NCBI GenBank assembly: GCA_934454035.1
Contig: CAKSFY010000001.1
Span: 69,483 to 133,482, forward strand
DNA: 64,000 nt
Direction: 5' to 3'
Origin: an uncultured Clostridia bacterium
GTDB taxonomy: Bacteria; Bacillota; Clostridia; UBA1381
The translations under genes and the position numbers were made by a program. Shown piece by piece: positions 9,652 to 18,826 of this stretch (its first letter is position 1; each line of letters begins with the position of its first letter). The notes under the pieces are model-generated. The model had not been told where the DNA came from, did not search any database, and saw only the letters and a list, made by a program, of their open reading frames with translations.

Positions 9652-10908
9652 ATGAAAATATTGGTAGTTGGCGGCGGCGGCAGAGAGCATACAATCGTAT
9701 GGAAAATCGCACAATCGCCCAAAGTTGATAAAATATACTGTGCACCCGGCAACGGAGGTATTTCCGAGCTTGCCGAGTGCGTTGATATAAACGCTTGCGA
9801 CATAGACAAAATGGTTGAATTTGCAAAAGAAAAAAATATTGATTTGGTAATGGTTGCGCCCGATGACCCCCTTGTACTGGGAATGGTTGACGCAATGGAA
9901 AATGCCGGAATCCGTGCTTTCGGTCCCAAAAAAAATGCCGCAATTATTGAGGGCAGTAAAGTTTTTTCAAAAAATCTTATGAAAAAATACAACATTCCCA
10001 CCGCGTCATATGAGGTCTTTGACAATAGCCGTGACGCTTTGGAATACTTGAAAAAGGGCAGTTTTCCGACCGTTATCAAGGCAGAAGGACTTGCACTCGG
10101 CAAAGGCGTTATAATCGCAAAAAACATGGATGAAGCTACAGATGCCGTTGTTGAAATTATGGAAAACAAAAAATTCGGAGAAAGCGGCAGCAGAATAGTA
10201 ATTGAAGAATTTCTGACCGGTCCCGAGGTTTCTGTCCTTGCCTTTACCGACGGAAAGACGGTAGTTCCGATGGTTTCGGCTCAGGACCATAAACGGGCAT
10301 ATGACAACGATGAAGGTCCGAACACCGGCGGCATGGGGACTTTTTCTCCGAGCAGGCTTTATACAAAAGCTATGGAGGAAGAATGTATGAATAACATTTT
10401 TCTGCCGACAATAAAAGCAATGACCGCCGAGGGCCGCACATTTAAAGGAGTTTTGTATTTTGGTCTTATGATGACCGAAAACGGAGTAAAGGTTATAGAA
10501 TACAACGCCCGTTTCGGCGACCCGGAAACACAGGTTGTTCTGCCGAGACTGAAAACCGATTTGGTTGATATTATGGAAGCGGTAATCGATGAAAAGCTGT
10601 CGGACATAAATATTGAATGGGCAGACAATGCAGCCGTATGCGTGGTTCTTGCCTCGGGAGGCTATCCTGTCAAATACAAATCGGGGTATGAAATCTCAGG
10701 ACTTGACCAAATTAAGGATGCATATGTTTTCTCAGCCGGAACAAAGGCTGACGGCGGCAAATTATATACTGCCGGCGGCAGGGTTTTGGGTGTGACCGCA
10801 GTTGCGGGCAATTTGGATGCAGCGATTGAAAAAGCGTATGAAAATGTCGGAAAAATATCCTTTACCGATATGCACTACCGCAAGGATATAGGTATCAAGA
10901 AATATTAG
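9652..10908 (+). CDS. purD: Phosphoribosylamine-glycine ligase
   Basis: MKILVVGGGGREH, an ATP-grasp core and EYNARFGDPE are present. A GGAGG SD lies 8 nt before ATG 9652. The track start at 9574 overlaps purH. Confidence 0.95.
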   Translation: MKILVVGGGGREHTIVWKIAQSPKVDKIYCAPGNGGISELAECVDINACDIDKMVEFAKEKNIDLVMVAPDDPLVLGMVDAMENAGIRAFGPKKNAAIIEGSKVFSKNLMKKYNIPTASYEVFDNSRDALEYLKKGSFPTVIKAEGLALGKGVIIAKNMDEATDAVVEIMENKKFGESGSRIVIEEFLTGPEVSVLAFTDGKTVVPMVSAQDHKRAYDNDEGPNTGGMGTFSPSRLYTKAMEEECMNNIFLPTIKAMTAEGRTFKGVLYFGLMMTENGVKVIEYNARFGDPETQVVLPRLKTDLVDIMEAVIDEKLSDINIEWADNAAVCVVLASGGYPVKYKSGYEISGLDQIKDAYVFSAGTKADGGKLYTAGGRVLGVTAVAGNLDAAIEKAYENVGKISFTDMHYRKDIGIKKY

Positions 10909-10923
10909 AAAGAAGCGATTTTG

Positions 10924-11463
10924 ATGGATTTTACCGAAAAGACAATTTCCTCCAAAGAAATATTTGACGGAAAAATTGTAAAGCTGAAGGTCGATACCGT
11001 AACGCTCCCGAACGGAAAAACAGCCACACGAGAGCTTATCGACCATCCGGGCGGCGTAGGAATAGTCGCTGTTGATGAAAACAACAGAGTTTATGTTGTT
11101 AAGCAATACAGAAAACCGTTTGACAAAGTCATAACCGAAATCCCGGCAGGAAAACTTGAATACGGCGAAGAGCCGCTTCCTGCGGCAATAAGAGAGCTTG
11201 AAGAGGAAACCGGCTGCAGGGCCGAAAAAATAATTCCGATGGGAAGCTTTTATTCCTCCCCCGGATTTTGTAATGAAAAAATTTATCTATATCTTGCAAC
11301 CGGACTTACAAATGTCGGGCAGCATCTTGACGAAGATGAATTTTTAAATGCCGAAAAGCGTGATTTGGACGAGCTTATCGCTGAGCTTTCAGAAAATAAA
11401 GATGCTGACGGCAAGACCGCAATAGCGCTTCTTTTGGCAAAGCAATACCTGTCCCGAGCATAG
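10924..11463 (+). CDS. ADP-ribose pyrophosphatase-like NUDIX hydrolase
   Basis: It carries the Nudix box GKLEYGEEPLPAAIRELEEETG and an N-terminal beta domain as in NudF/YqkG-type enzymes. The start is ATG 10924, with TTG 10921 as an alternative. Confidence 0.8.
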   Translation: MDFTEKTISSKEIFDGKIVKLKVDTVTLPNGKTATRELIDHPGGVGIVAVDENNRVYVVKQYRKPFDKVITEIPAGKLEYGEEPLPAAIRELEEETGCRAEKIIPMGSFYSSPGFCNEKIYLYLATGLTNVGQHLDEDEFLNAEKRDLDELIAELSENKDADGKTAIALLLAKQYLSRA

Positions 11464-11516
11464 CCGGCTGGAATTATTTTGTTTTTTCCTTCTTGGCATT
11501 TAACAAAAATTATGAT

Positions 11517-11552
11517 ATGCATTCCCGTTTTTTTGCGGAGTGCATATTTTTT
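11517..11552 (+). terminator. Intrinsic terminator after the NUDIX gene
   Basis: The stem ATGCATTCCCG / CGGAGTGCAT has one G-U position and a T7 loop. ATTTTTTGTT follows. Confidence 0.55.
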
Positions 11553-11699
11553 GTTCCGGCAATTATATAACTTCAAACTGCGTCCATTTTTGTGACCCGT
11601 ATCTCCAAATAACAATTGCACCGCGGAACATTCCGACTGCATTCAGCCACATTCAGCCGTTATCTGCAGTCTTGCGCATATTCTCTGTTTTATTTTTTT

Positions 11700-11729
11700 G
11701 TATATTCAAATCGTCTGCGATAGATACTA
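11700..11729 (+). promoter_or_regulatory. Forespore sigma-G/sigma-F-like promoter upstream of gpr
   Basis: It reads GTATA (11700-11704), an 18-nt spacer, then GATACTA (11723-11729). The B. subtilis sigma-G consensus as I recall it is GHATR-N18-CATnHTA, so the -10 matches 6 of 7. In Bacillus, gpr is sigma-F/G dependent. Confidence 0.4.
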
Positions 11730-11760
11730 AGAAAAAAATGTATCAAAAGGAGCAGACAAT

Positions 11761-12699
11761 ATGAGTATAAGAACCGACCTTGCACTGGAGGCTCACGAGG
11801 TATGCAGAGAAGAAGCAAAAAAAGAAGCCGAGATTGACGGAGTAAAGGCAGATGTTCATAAAGACGGAAGCATTACCGTCACAGCAATAGAAATTACAAA
11901 CGAAAACGGGGCAAAGGCTCTCGGCAAGCCGATAGGAAGCTATATAACCATCGAATCGCCGAATTTAAAATACAGTGTTGAAGAGTATGAAAACACATGT
12001 AAAAAAATTGCCGATGTCCTCGGCAAAATGATAGGCAGCACCGGTGACAGACCAATCCTCATTGCAGGCTTGGGAAATACAGAGATAACTCCCGATGCAC
12101 TCGGCCCTGCCGTCATGTCCAAGCTTATAATTACAAGGCATATGAAAACGCATATGGGTGAATATTTCGGGAGCGATTTTTCAAACGTCTGCGCAGTTGC
12201 GCCCGGAGTTCTCGGAACAACCGGCATTGAAACCGCCTCTGTAATAAAAGGTGTGGCGGACGAGGTTGAACCGTCAGTTATTATCGCGGTTGACGCACTT
12301 GCCGCAAGAAGCATAGACAGAATAAGCACTACCGTACAGATATCCGATACCGGAATACGTCCGGGTGCCGGAGTCGGAAACAGACGCGATATTCTTGACA
12401 AAGACACCCTCGGGGTAAAGGTAATTTCGGTAGGCGTCCCGACAGTTGTTGACGCGGCAACCATAGCCATAGACAGCCTTGATGCAGCTCTTGAGGAGCT
12501 TGACAACACAACCCTGTCCGATAATGACAAGGAATACATTATAAATCATGCTCTTTCAAAAAATATTTCACGTCTTGTTGTTACGCCGAAAGATATCGAC
12601 CTGGTAATAGAGAGAGCCGCAAAAACAGTTGCCAACGGAATAAATCTTGCCGTCCATAAAAATTTATCATTTGAAGATATTGAAAGTTTTGTCGGGTAG
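11761..12699 (+). CDS. gpr: Germination protease (spore SASP endopeptidase)
   Basis: The N-terminus IRTDLALEAHE and internal motifs LGNTEITPDALGP and IAVDALAA match the GPR family. The product is 312 aa. Confidence 0.9.
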   Translation: MSIRTDLALEAHEVCREEAKKEAEIDGVKADVHKDGSITVTAIEITNENGAKALGKPIGSYITIESPNLKYSVEEYENTCKKIADVLGKMIGSTGDRPILIAGLGNTEITPDALGPAVMSKLIITRHMKTHMGEYFGSDFSNVCAVAPGVLGTTGIETASVIKGVADEVEPSVIIAVDALAARSIDRISTTVQISDTGIRPGAGVGNRRDILDKDTLGVKVISVGVPTVVDAATIAIDSLDAALEELDNTTLSDNDKEYIINHALSKNISRLVVTPKDIDLVIERAAKTVANGINLAVHKNLSFEDIESFVG

Positions 12700-12728
12700 T
12701 TGACAAATTATGAAAACAGAGTTAAAAT
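12700..12728 (+). promoter_or_regulatory. Sigma-A type promoter for the M16 peptidase pair
   Basis: It reads TTGACA (12700-12705), a 17-nt spacer, then TAAAAT (12723-12728), directly after the gpr stop. Confidence 0.5.
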
Positions 12729-12763
12729 ATATATAAAATCTGTAATTGAAAGGAACTTATCGG

Positions 12764-14032
12764 ATGAATAAAAGCTATGCAATAAACGATAATATCACAC
12801 TGCACTATATTCCGATGGAAAAGCTTAAAACAACCGCCGTTGGAGTATATATACACCGAAAAATCACACATGAAGAAGTGTCTTTGAATGCACTTTTGCC
12901 ATATGTATTAAAAAGCGGCTGCTCGCTTTGCCGCAGCACGACCGAAATTGCGCATTATCTTGAAAATTTATACGGTGCTGATTTAGGTGCCGGAATACTC
13001 AAAAAAGGTGAGGATCAGATTATATATTTTGATGCCGAGACTATCTCTGACAAATATGCCGCAAACGGCGAAGAACTGTTGAAAGGACTTTTAAAGCTGC
13101 TTATTTCCATAATTTTTGAACCGCTTTGTGATGGAAACGGATTCAAAAAGGAATTTGTCGAGCTGGAAAAGAAAAATGCCATTGACCGAATCGAAGGTGT
13201 AATCAACGACAAACGCACCTATGCCCAGCTCCGCTGCATTGAGGAAATGTGCAAAGGCGAGCCGTTCGGAATATACAAGCTCGGGAAAATTGAGGACATA
13301 GAAAAAATCACTCCCGAATCGCTTTATACACACTACAAAAAAATAATAACCTCATCCGCTATAGATATTTTCGTGTGCGGTGATGCCGATATAAAGCAAA
13401 TCAGTGATGAGCTGAAAAAAATAAATCTTCATTTTGAAAAGGCAAAAATTCCCGAAAACTCTCTGCATCAGTCAAACGGAGAAATAAAGAGAATAACGGA
13501 TAAAATGGAAATTACACAAGGCAAGCTCTGTATGGGATTTAAAACCAATACTCCGGGCACGGGCAAGGAATGTGCCGCACTGACGGTTGCCAACAGCATT
13601 TTCGGCTCGGGTGCTCACTCAAAGCTTTTTAATAATGTGAGAGAAAAACTCAGCCTTTGCTATTACGCATCATCGGGGCTTGATATCTTTAAAGGGCTGC
13701 TGCTTGTAAATGCAGGAATAGAATTTAAAAATTTCCAAAAAGCATACGACGAAATACTCGTTCAGCTTGAGGCAGTTAAAAACGGTGATATATCCGATTT
13801 TGAATTTGAATCATCAATAAGCGCACTTGAAAACAGCTACCGTTCGGCTTATGATGACCCGAGATTTATGCAAAATATTCAAATAGGCGAAATCATTCTC
13901 GGCACCAATTATTCGGTTGATGATCATATAAAAATGATTAAATCCGTCACACGCGAAGATGTTATTGCCGCCATGAAAAAGGTTGAGCTTGATACGGTTT
14001 ATTTTTTGACAGGAAAGGAGGATAACCGATGA
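12764..14032 (+). CDS. M16 (pitrilysin/insulinase) family protein, non-catalytic subunit type (no HxxEH)
   Basis: It shows two-domain M16 architecture without the zinc motif. The start was moved to ATG 12764, which has an AAAGGA SD; the track start at 12746 is TTG. It is coupled to the next gene through an ATGA overlap. Confidence 0.75.
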   Translation: MNKSYAINDNITLHYIPMEKLKTTAVGVYIHRKITHEEVSLNALLPYVLKSGCSLCRSTTEIAHYLENLYGADLGAGILKKGEDQIIYFDAETISDKYAANGEELLKGLLKLLISIIFEPLCDGNGFKKEFVELEKKNAIDRIEGVINDKRTYAQLRCIEEMCKGEPFGIYKLGKIEDIEKITPESLYTHYKKIITSSAIDIFVCGDADIKQISDELKKINLHFEKAKIPENSLHQSNGEIKRITDKMEITQGKLCMGFKTNTPGTGKECAALTVANSIFGSGAHSKLFNNVREKLSLCYYASSGLDIFKGLLLVNAGIEFKNFQKAYDEILVQLEAVKNGDISDFEFESSISALENSYRSAYDDPRFMQNIQIGEIILGTNYSVDDHIKMIKSVTREDVIAAMKKVELDTVYFLTGKEDNR

Positions 14033-15312
14033 AACTTTTAAAACGTGAAAATAAACGTACCGGAGAGATTCTCTATTCGGGAAAACACCCCTCCGGACTA
14101 AGCATTTATATTATGCCGAAAAAGGGATACAGCCAGAATTATGCTATTTTCGGTACAAAGTACGGCTCTGTCAATTCTGAATTTATTGTTCCCGGCGAGA
14201 GCACCGTAACCAAGGTTCCGGACGGCATAGCTCACTATCTGGAGCACAAAATGTTTGATATGCCCGACGGCTCTAATGTATTTGATAAATTTGCAAAGTA
14301 CGGCGGAAACGCAAACGCGTTCACAAGCTTTAATATGACCGCATATCTGTTCTCGGCTACAGACCATGTTTATGAAAATCTGGCAGTTCTTTTGGATTAT
14401 GTTCAGCGTCCGCATTTTACGCCCGAGAGCGTTGAAAAAGAACAAGGTATAATCGGCCAGGAAATAAGAATGTATGACGACAGTGCCTCCTGGCGAGTGT
14501 TTTTCAATCTTCTCGGCTGCCTTTATCATAATAACCCCGTAAAGCTTGATATTGCCGGTACAGTCGAATCAATTTCGAAAATAACAAGCGACTATCTTTA
14601 CAAATGCTATAACACATTCTACAACCTTTCCAATATGACCCTTTTTGTGACAGGTGATTTGGACGTTGAGAAAACCGTTTCCGTAATAGAAGAAAATATC
14701 CTGAAGGACGAGCCGTTCTCAGAGGAAATAAAAAGAATATATCCGGAAGAGCCGAAAACAGTTTATAAGAAAAGTTCTGTCCAAAGTTTAAGCGTTGCCA
14801 AGCCGATTTTTATGATCGGTTACAAGGATACGGACGTAGGATATTCCGGCGAAAAGCTTTTGAAGAAAATAATCGAAATGAATATACTGACATCAATTCT
14901 GTTCGGAAAAGGATCGGATATATTTAAAAGGCTTTATGACGAAGGGCTTGTTAACCAAAGCTTCGGAGCAGAATACAATCCTCAGATTGACTATGGCTTC
15001 ACAGCCGTTGAAGGCGAGTCGGAAAATCCGCAAAAGGTTTATGAAATTATCCGCAGTATGCTGTCCGAGGCTGAAATTAAAGAGGAAGATTTCAACAGAA
15101 TGAAAAAAGTAATCTGGGGCGATTATGTACGCTCATTCAACGATGTGGAGGAATTTGCCCATACATTTTTAAGTATGAATTTTGTTGACATCGATTATTT
15201 TGACTATTATAAAACTTACAATGAAGTAACCTTTGAAGATATCAGAAAAAGATTCAAAGAGCAATTCAGAGATGATTTATCGGCAATATCAATTGTCGAA
15301 CCGATTAAATAA
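14029..15312 (+). CDS. M16 family zinc peptidase (HxxEH present)
   Basis: The inverted zincin motif HYLEHKMF is present near the N-terminus. The product is 427 aa. Its start overlaps the upstream stop (ATGA). Confidence 0.8.
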   Translation: MKLLKRENKRTGEILYSGKHPSGLSIYIMPKKGYSQNYAIFGTKYGSVNSEFIVPGESTVTKVPDGIAHYLEHKMFDMPDGSNVFDKFAKYGGNANAFTSFNMTAYLFSATDHVYENLAVLLDYVQRPHFTPESVEKEQGIIGQEIRMYDDSASWRVFFNLLGCLYHNNPVKLDIAGTVESISKITSDYLYKCYNTFYNLSNMTLFVTGDLDVEKTVSVIEENILKDEPFSEEIKRIYPEEPKTVYKKSSVQSLSVAKPIFMIGYKDTDVGYSGEKLLKKIIEMNILTSILFGKGSDIFKRLYDEGLVNQSFGAEYNPQIDYGFTAVEGESENPQKVYEIIRSMLSEAEIKEEDFNRMKKVIWGDYVRSFNDVEEFAHTFLSMNFVDIDYFDYYKTYNEVTFEDIRKRFKEQFRDDLSAISIVEPIK

Positions 15313-15333
15313 AAATTTTCGGGAATGTAAATA

Positions 15334-15425
15334 GGGCGGTGTGCTTTTCAGCCGCAACCCGATAAGGAAGTATAGATTTTGAACTGCCTTATTGGGTGAC
15401 GGCTTTATACACCGCCCGTTTTTTT
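15334..15425 (+). terminator. Compound long hairpin plus T-tract between convergent genes
   Basis: Three nested stems are visible: GGGCGGTGT/ACACCGCCC, CAGCCG/CGGCT, and CCCGATAAGG/CCTTATTGGG. GTTTTTTT (15418-15425) follows. The T-tract runs into the stop codon of the minus-strand permease gene. Confidence 0.6.
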
Positions 15426-16251
15426 ATCTTCCGATAATCATACAAATGAAAAATGCGATAATGTCCGCTACAACAATCATAGCGCCCACCGGAGCGGACA
15501 AAAGCAATGAAATCACTATTCCGAGTGCTGTACATACTACCGCAAAAAGTCCCGAAAAAATCATTACCGCTCTAAAGCTCTTATATAGCCGCATTGCCGA
15601 AAGCGCAGGAAAAATTATAAGAGCCGATGTCAAAAGTGAACCTGCGATACGCATTGCCAAAACAATTACAACCGCTGTCACAACAGCAATAAATGTGTTG
15701 TAAAAGCCTACATTAATCCCCGTTGCCGCAGCAAAGGCTTCATCAAAGGTCACTGCAAAAATCTTATTGCAAAGAATTATAAAAACTGCCATGACCAAAG
15801 CCGACAAACCTGTGCAAAACCACACATCCGCTGCCGAAAGCGTGAGAATAGATGTTGAGCCGAACAGACTGCTGCAAACGTCTCCGGTGACATTTGCCGA
15901 GCTTGAAAAAAGATTTATCACCAAATATCCGACCGCCAGCGCACCGACAGACACAGTAGCGATAGCTGCGTCACCTTTAATTTTTTTGTCTGCCCGAAGC
16001 AAAAATACCGCAGCGATAACGGTTATAGGCATAACAACCGTCATATCCGCCGCCAGATTCAGCACTCCGGCAATTGACATTGCCCCGAATGCAACATGTG
16101 AAAGCCCGTCCCCTATAAAGGAATACCTTTTCAAAACCAGCGTCACGCCCAAAAGCGATGAGCAGAGCGCTATCAATATGCCTGCGGCAAATGCATATCT
16201 GACAAAAGGATATGCCATATACTCCGCAAGCTTTAAAACCAATTCAGTCAT
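15424..16251 (-). CDS. Metal (Zn/Mn-type) ABC transporter permease
   Basis: The product is 275 aa and polytopic, with ZnuB/TroC-like sequence (LKRYSFIGDGLSHVAFGAM). It is the last gene of a binding protein-ATPase-permease triplet. Confidence 0.85.
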   Translation of the reverse strand: MTELVLKLAEYMAYPFVRYAFAAGILIALCSSLLGVTLVLKRYSFIGDGLSHVAFGAMSIAGVLNLAADMTVVMPITVIAAVFLLRADKKIKGDAAIATVSVGALAVGYLVINLFSSSANVTGDVCSSLFGSTSILTLSAADVWFCTGLSALVMAVFIILCNKIFAVTFDEAFAAATGINVGFYNTFIAVVTAVVIVLAMRIAGSLLTSALIIFPALSAMRLYKSFRAVMIFSGLFAVVCTALGIVISLLLSAPVGAMIVVADIIAFFICMIIGR

Positions 16252-16269
16252 AACATTTACGCTCCTTTT

Positions 16270-16959
16270 TTAAAGCAGAAAACGCTGAGCCGTTTCACTC
16301 TTCATATATTCGTTTACCGTTCCGAAGAATGTCTCGTCATGCCCGACATGTAGAATATGAGACGCATATCTCATTGCCGCACGTACATCATGCGATACCA
16401 TAATTACGGTAATTTTTGACTGCTTATTTATTTCCGAAATAATTTCATACATATTTGCGGTCACTCTGGGGTCAAGTCCCGTCACAGGTTCGTCCAGTAC
16501 GATGAGCTTTTCGGCTGCGCAGAGTGCTCTTGCCAAAAATACCCTTTGCTGCTGACCGCCGGACAATTCTCTGTAGCAGCGGTTTGCCAGTTCCGTAATT
16601 TCAAGTCTTTCCATTTCGGCTACGGCTTTCTTTTTTTCTTCCTTTGTGCAAAACGGAAAAAACTTATGCCGTCCCATAAACCCAGACTGCACAACCTCCT
16701 GCACCGATGCCGGGAAATCCTTTTGTATTTCCGACTGCTGCGGCAGGTAACCTATCTGATTCTGCTTTATGCCGAGCTTTATTTTTCCGCTCAGGGGTTT
16801 GTTTAAGCCGAGTATAGACTTTATGAGCGTACTTTTGCCGGAACCGTTGTCTCCGACAATGCAGATATAATTGCCCTCCTCAGCGGAAAAATTAATATCT
16901 TTTGCAACCGTTCTGCCCTCGTATCCTATTGATAAATCTTCACATATAATCTGTGCCAT
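16270..16959 (-). CDS. Metal ABC transporter ATP-binding protein
   Basis: It has Walker A GDNGSGKST, the ABC signature LSGGQQQR and Walker B LIVLDEP. Confidence 0.9.
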   Translation of the reverse strand: MAQIICEDLSIGYEGRTVAKDINFSAEEGNYICIVGDNGSGKSTLIKSILGLNKPLSGKIKLGIKQNQIGYLPQQSEIQKDFPASVQEVVQSGFMGRHKFFPFCTKEEKKKAVAEMERLEITELANRCYRELSGGQQQRVFLARALCAAEKLIVLDEPVTGLDPRVTANMYEIISEINKQSKITVIMVSHDVRAAMRYASHILHVGHDETFFGTVNEYMKSETAQRFLL

Positions 16960-16971
16960 AAATGATTCTCC

Positions 16972-17877
16972 TTACTCTCCCAATGCTTTTTTAAGCGCCG
17001 CAAGATTATCCTTCATAACAGAGAGATAAGTCACTCCGCCGTCAATATCTTCCCTTTTAACCGATTGCATGGAATTAAGCGATATAATCGGCTTTTCCTT
17101 ATCGCTTGTATTTGATATTACAGTTTTTGCAAGCTTTTCGTTTCCGTTGTCGGTAACTATAACCGCCGGAACGGATTCCGCCTTTTCAGATAAAAGCTTT
17201 ACAGTCTCAAAGCTTGCTTCGGTCTCGGCAGAGCAGCCCGGGAATGCTGCAAAGTGTTCTATATTATATTCATCAAAAAGATATCGGAACGGGAATCTGT
17301 CCGCGACCACAACAGTCTTATAAACCGCGCTTTCTGCCGCACGCTCATATTCCGCGTCCAGCTTGTCAAGCTCCGCATCATAATTTTCTTCATTGGCTTT
17401 ATACAGCGCTTCATTTTCGGGATCAAGCGAAATAAGAGCCTCTGTTATTTTTTCGCATATTTTTTCGGCATTGCTCAAAGAAAGCCATGTATGCTCGTCC
17501 GTTTCCTTTTCTTCATTGTCATACAAAGCGTCACTGCCGACAATATCCAGCATATCTACCGATTTATTGATTCCCTTTGTATAATCCTTTATCCATTTAT
17601 CCGATTCGCCCCCGGTATAAATAATCAAATTGCTTGTATTGATTTTTATTATATCGTCCGCGGACGGCTGATAACTGTGAATATCCACTCCTTTTTCGGT
17701 AAGAAGCGTAAGCTCGTATTTGTCCTCCGTGCCGCTTATTAATTCTCTCACCCAGTCATACTGCGGAAAGACCGTACATACAATGCTTATTTTTCCGTCA
17801 GCATTTTTCGGCTGCGCACAACCTGACAAAATCAGCATAACCGCCGTTATCAGCACCGTTATTTTCTTCATATTCAA
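16972..17877 (-). CDS. Metal ABC transporter substrate-binding lipoprotein (ZnuA/TroA family)
   Basis: The signal peptide has lipobox LSGC. The cluster-9 SBP layout includes an acidic loop, NEEKETDEHTW. The metal specificity cannot be determined from sequence alone. Confidence 0.8.
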   Translation of the reverse strand: MNMKKITVLITAVMLILSGCAQPKNADGKISIVCTVFPQYDWVRELISGTEDKYELTLLTEKGVDIHSYQPSADDIIKINTSNLIIYTGGESDKWIKDYTKGINKSVDMLDIVGSDALYDNEEKETDEHTWLSLSNAEKICEKITEALISLDPENEALYKANEENYDAELDKLDAEYERAAESAVYKTVVVADRFPFRYLFDEYNIEHFAAFPGCSAETEASFETVKLLSEKAESVPAVIVTDNGNEKLAKTVISNTSDKEKPIISLNSMQSVKREDIDGGVTYLSVMKDNLAALKKALGE

Positions 17878-17884
17878 AACCTCT

Positions 17885-18826
17885 TTATTGTGTAATTTTA
17901 GCTCCCTGATAAGTGTCCCGCCTTACCATTTCCTTGTCAATTTCATTCATGACCACAAATTTTTTAAGACTCCATAAAGGACCGACAAGGCTGTCCCTGC
18001 CACCGTCTCCCGTAACTCTTTGAATAACGGTCTCCTCCGGCAAAAGCTCAAGCTGCCTTATAACAATGTCAACATATTCGTCTCTTTCCAAAAGCCGCAG
18101 CCTGCCGTCGGCAAGCATTTTTTCTATAGGAGTGTTTCTGAGTACGTGCAAAAGATGAATTTTAACACAGTGCGGACGTAAAAGTCCCACCTGCCTTGCA
18201 GTCTCGCACATCATTCCGGCATCCTCACCCGGCAATCCGTCTATTATATGCACACACACCGGGATATTCCTCTCTGCAAGCCGCTTATACCCTTTCAAAA
18301 AATCCTCGTAGGTATGACATCTGTTAATAATTTTCCCCGTCTTGTCAAACACAGTCTGCAAGCCAAGCTCAACAATCAGATACGTCCTTTTGTTAATTTC
18401 CTCAAGATAGTCCAGGACATCATCCGCAATACAGTCTGCACGCGTTGCAATGCTTAGTCCGACAACATTTTCCATGCTGAGTATAGGCTCAAATTTTGAT
18501 TTTAAAACAGAGAGAGGGGCATAGGTATTGGTATGTGCCTGAAAATACCCGATATACTTTGCCGCCTTCCACTTTCCGGATATGACTGCCTTAACCTCCT
18601 CAAACTGCCTTGTAATATCCTCAGCCGGATTTCCTGCAAAGTCGCCGCTCCCCGAATCGGAGCAGTATATACAGCCGCCCGTACCTTTGCTTCCGTCAAT
18701 ATTCGGACAGGTAAAGCCTGCATTTAAGGACACTTTAAACACCTTTTCACCGAATTTTCGGCGGAGGTGATAATTCCATGTGTGGTATCTTTTATTATCC
18801 AGCGAATATTTAAAATTGTTAATCAT
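17885..18826 (-). CDS. Radical SAM protein, TIGR01212 (YtqA/YhcC) family
   Basis: The N-terminus is characteristic: RYHTWNYHLRRKFGEKVFKVSLNAGFTCPNIDGSKGTGGCIYCS. The start was placed at ATG 18826, giving an ATGATTAA overlap with the upstream stop. GTG 18847 is an alternative. Confidence 0.8.
   Translation of the reverse strand: MINNFKYSLDNKRYHTWNYHLRRKFGEKVFKVSLNAGFTCPNIDGSKGTGGCIYCSDSGSGDFAGNPAEDITRQFEEVKAVISGKWKAAKYIGYFQAHTNTYAPLSVLKSKFEPILSMENVVGLSIATRADCIADDVLDYLEEINKRTYLIVELGLQTVFDKTGKIINRCHTYEDFLKGYKRLAERNIPVCVHIIDGLPGEDAGMMCETARQVGLLRPHCVKIHLLHVLRNTPIEKMLADGRLRLLERDEYVDIVIRQLELLPEETVIQRVTGDGGRDSLVGPLWSLKKFVVMNEIDKEMVRRDTYQGAKITQ

Noticed and set aside
17878-18000. Zur/Fur-type operator in front of the metal ABC importer genes
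   Set aside because: No AT-rich palindrome resembling a Zur box was found. The importer genes are only 7 nt downstream of the preceding gene, so any operator is more likely upstream of the whole operon (beyond 22715).
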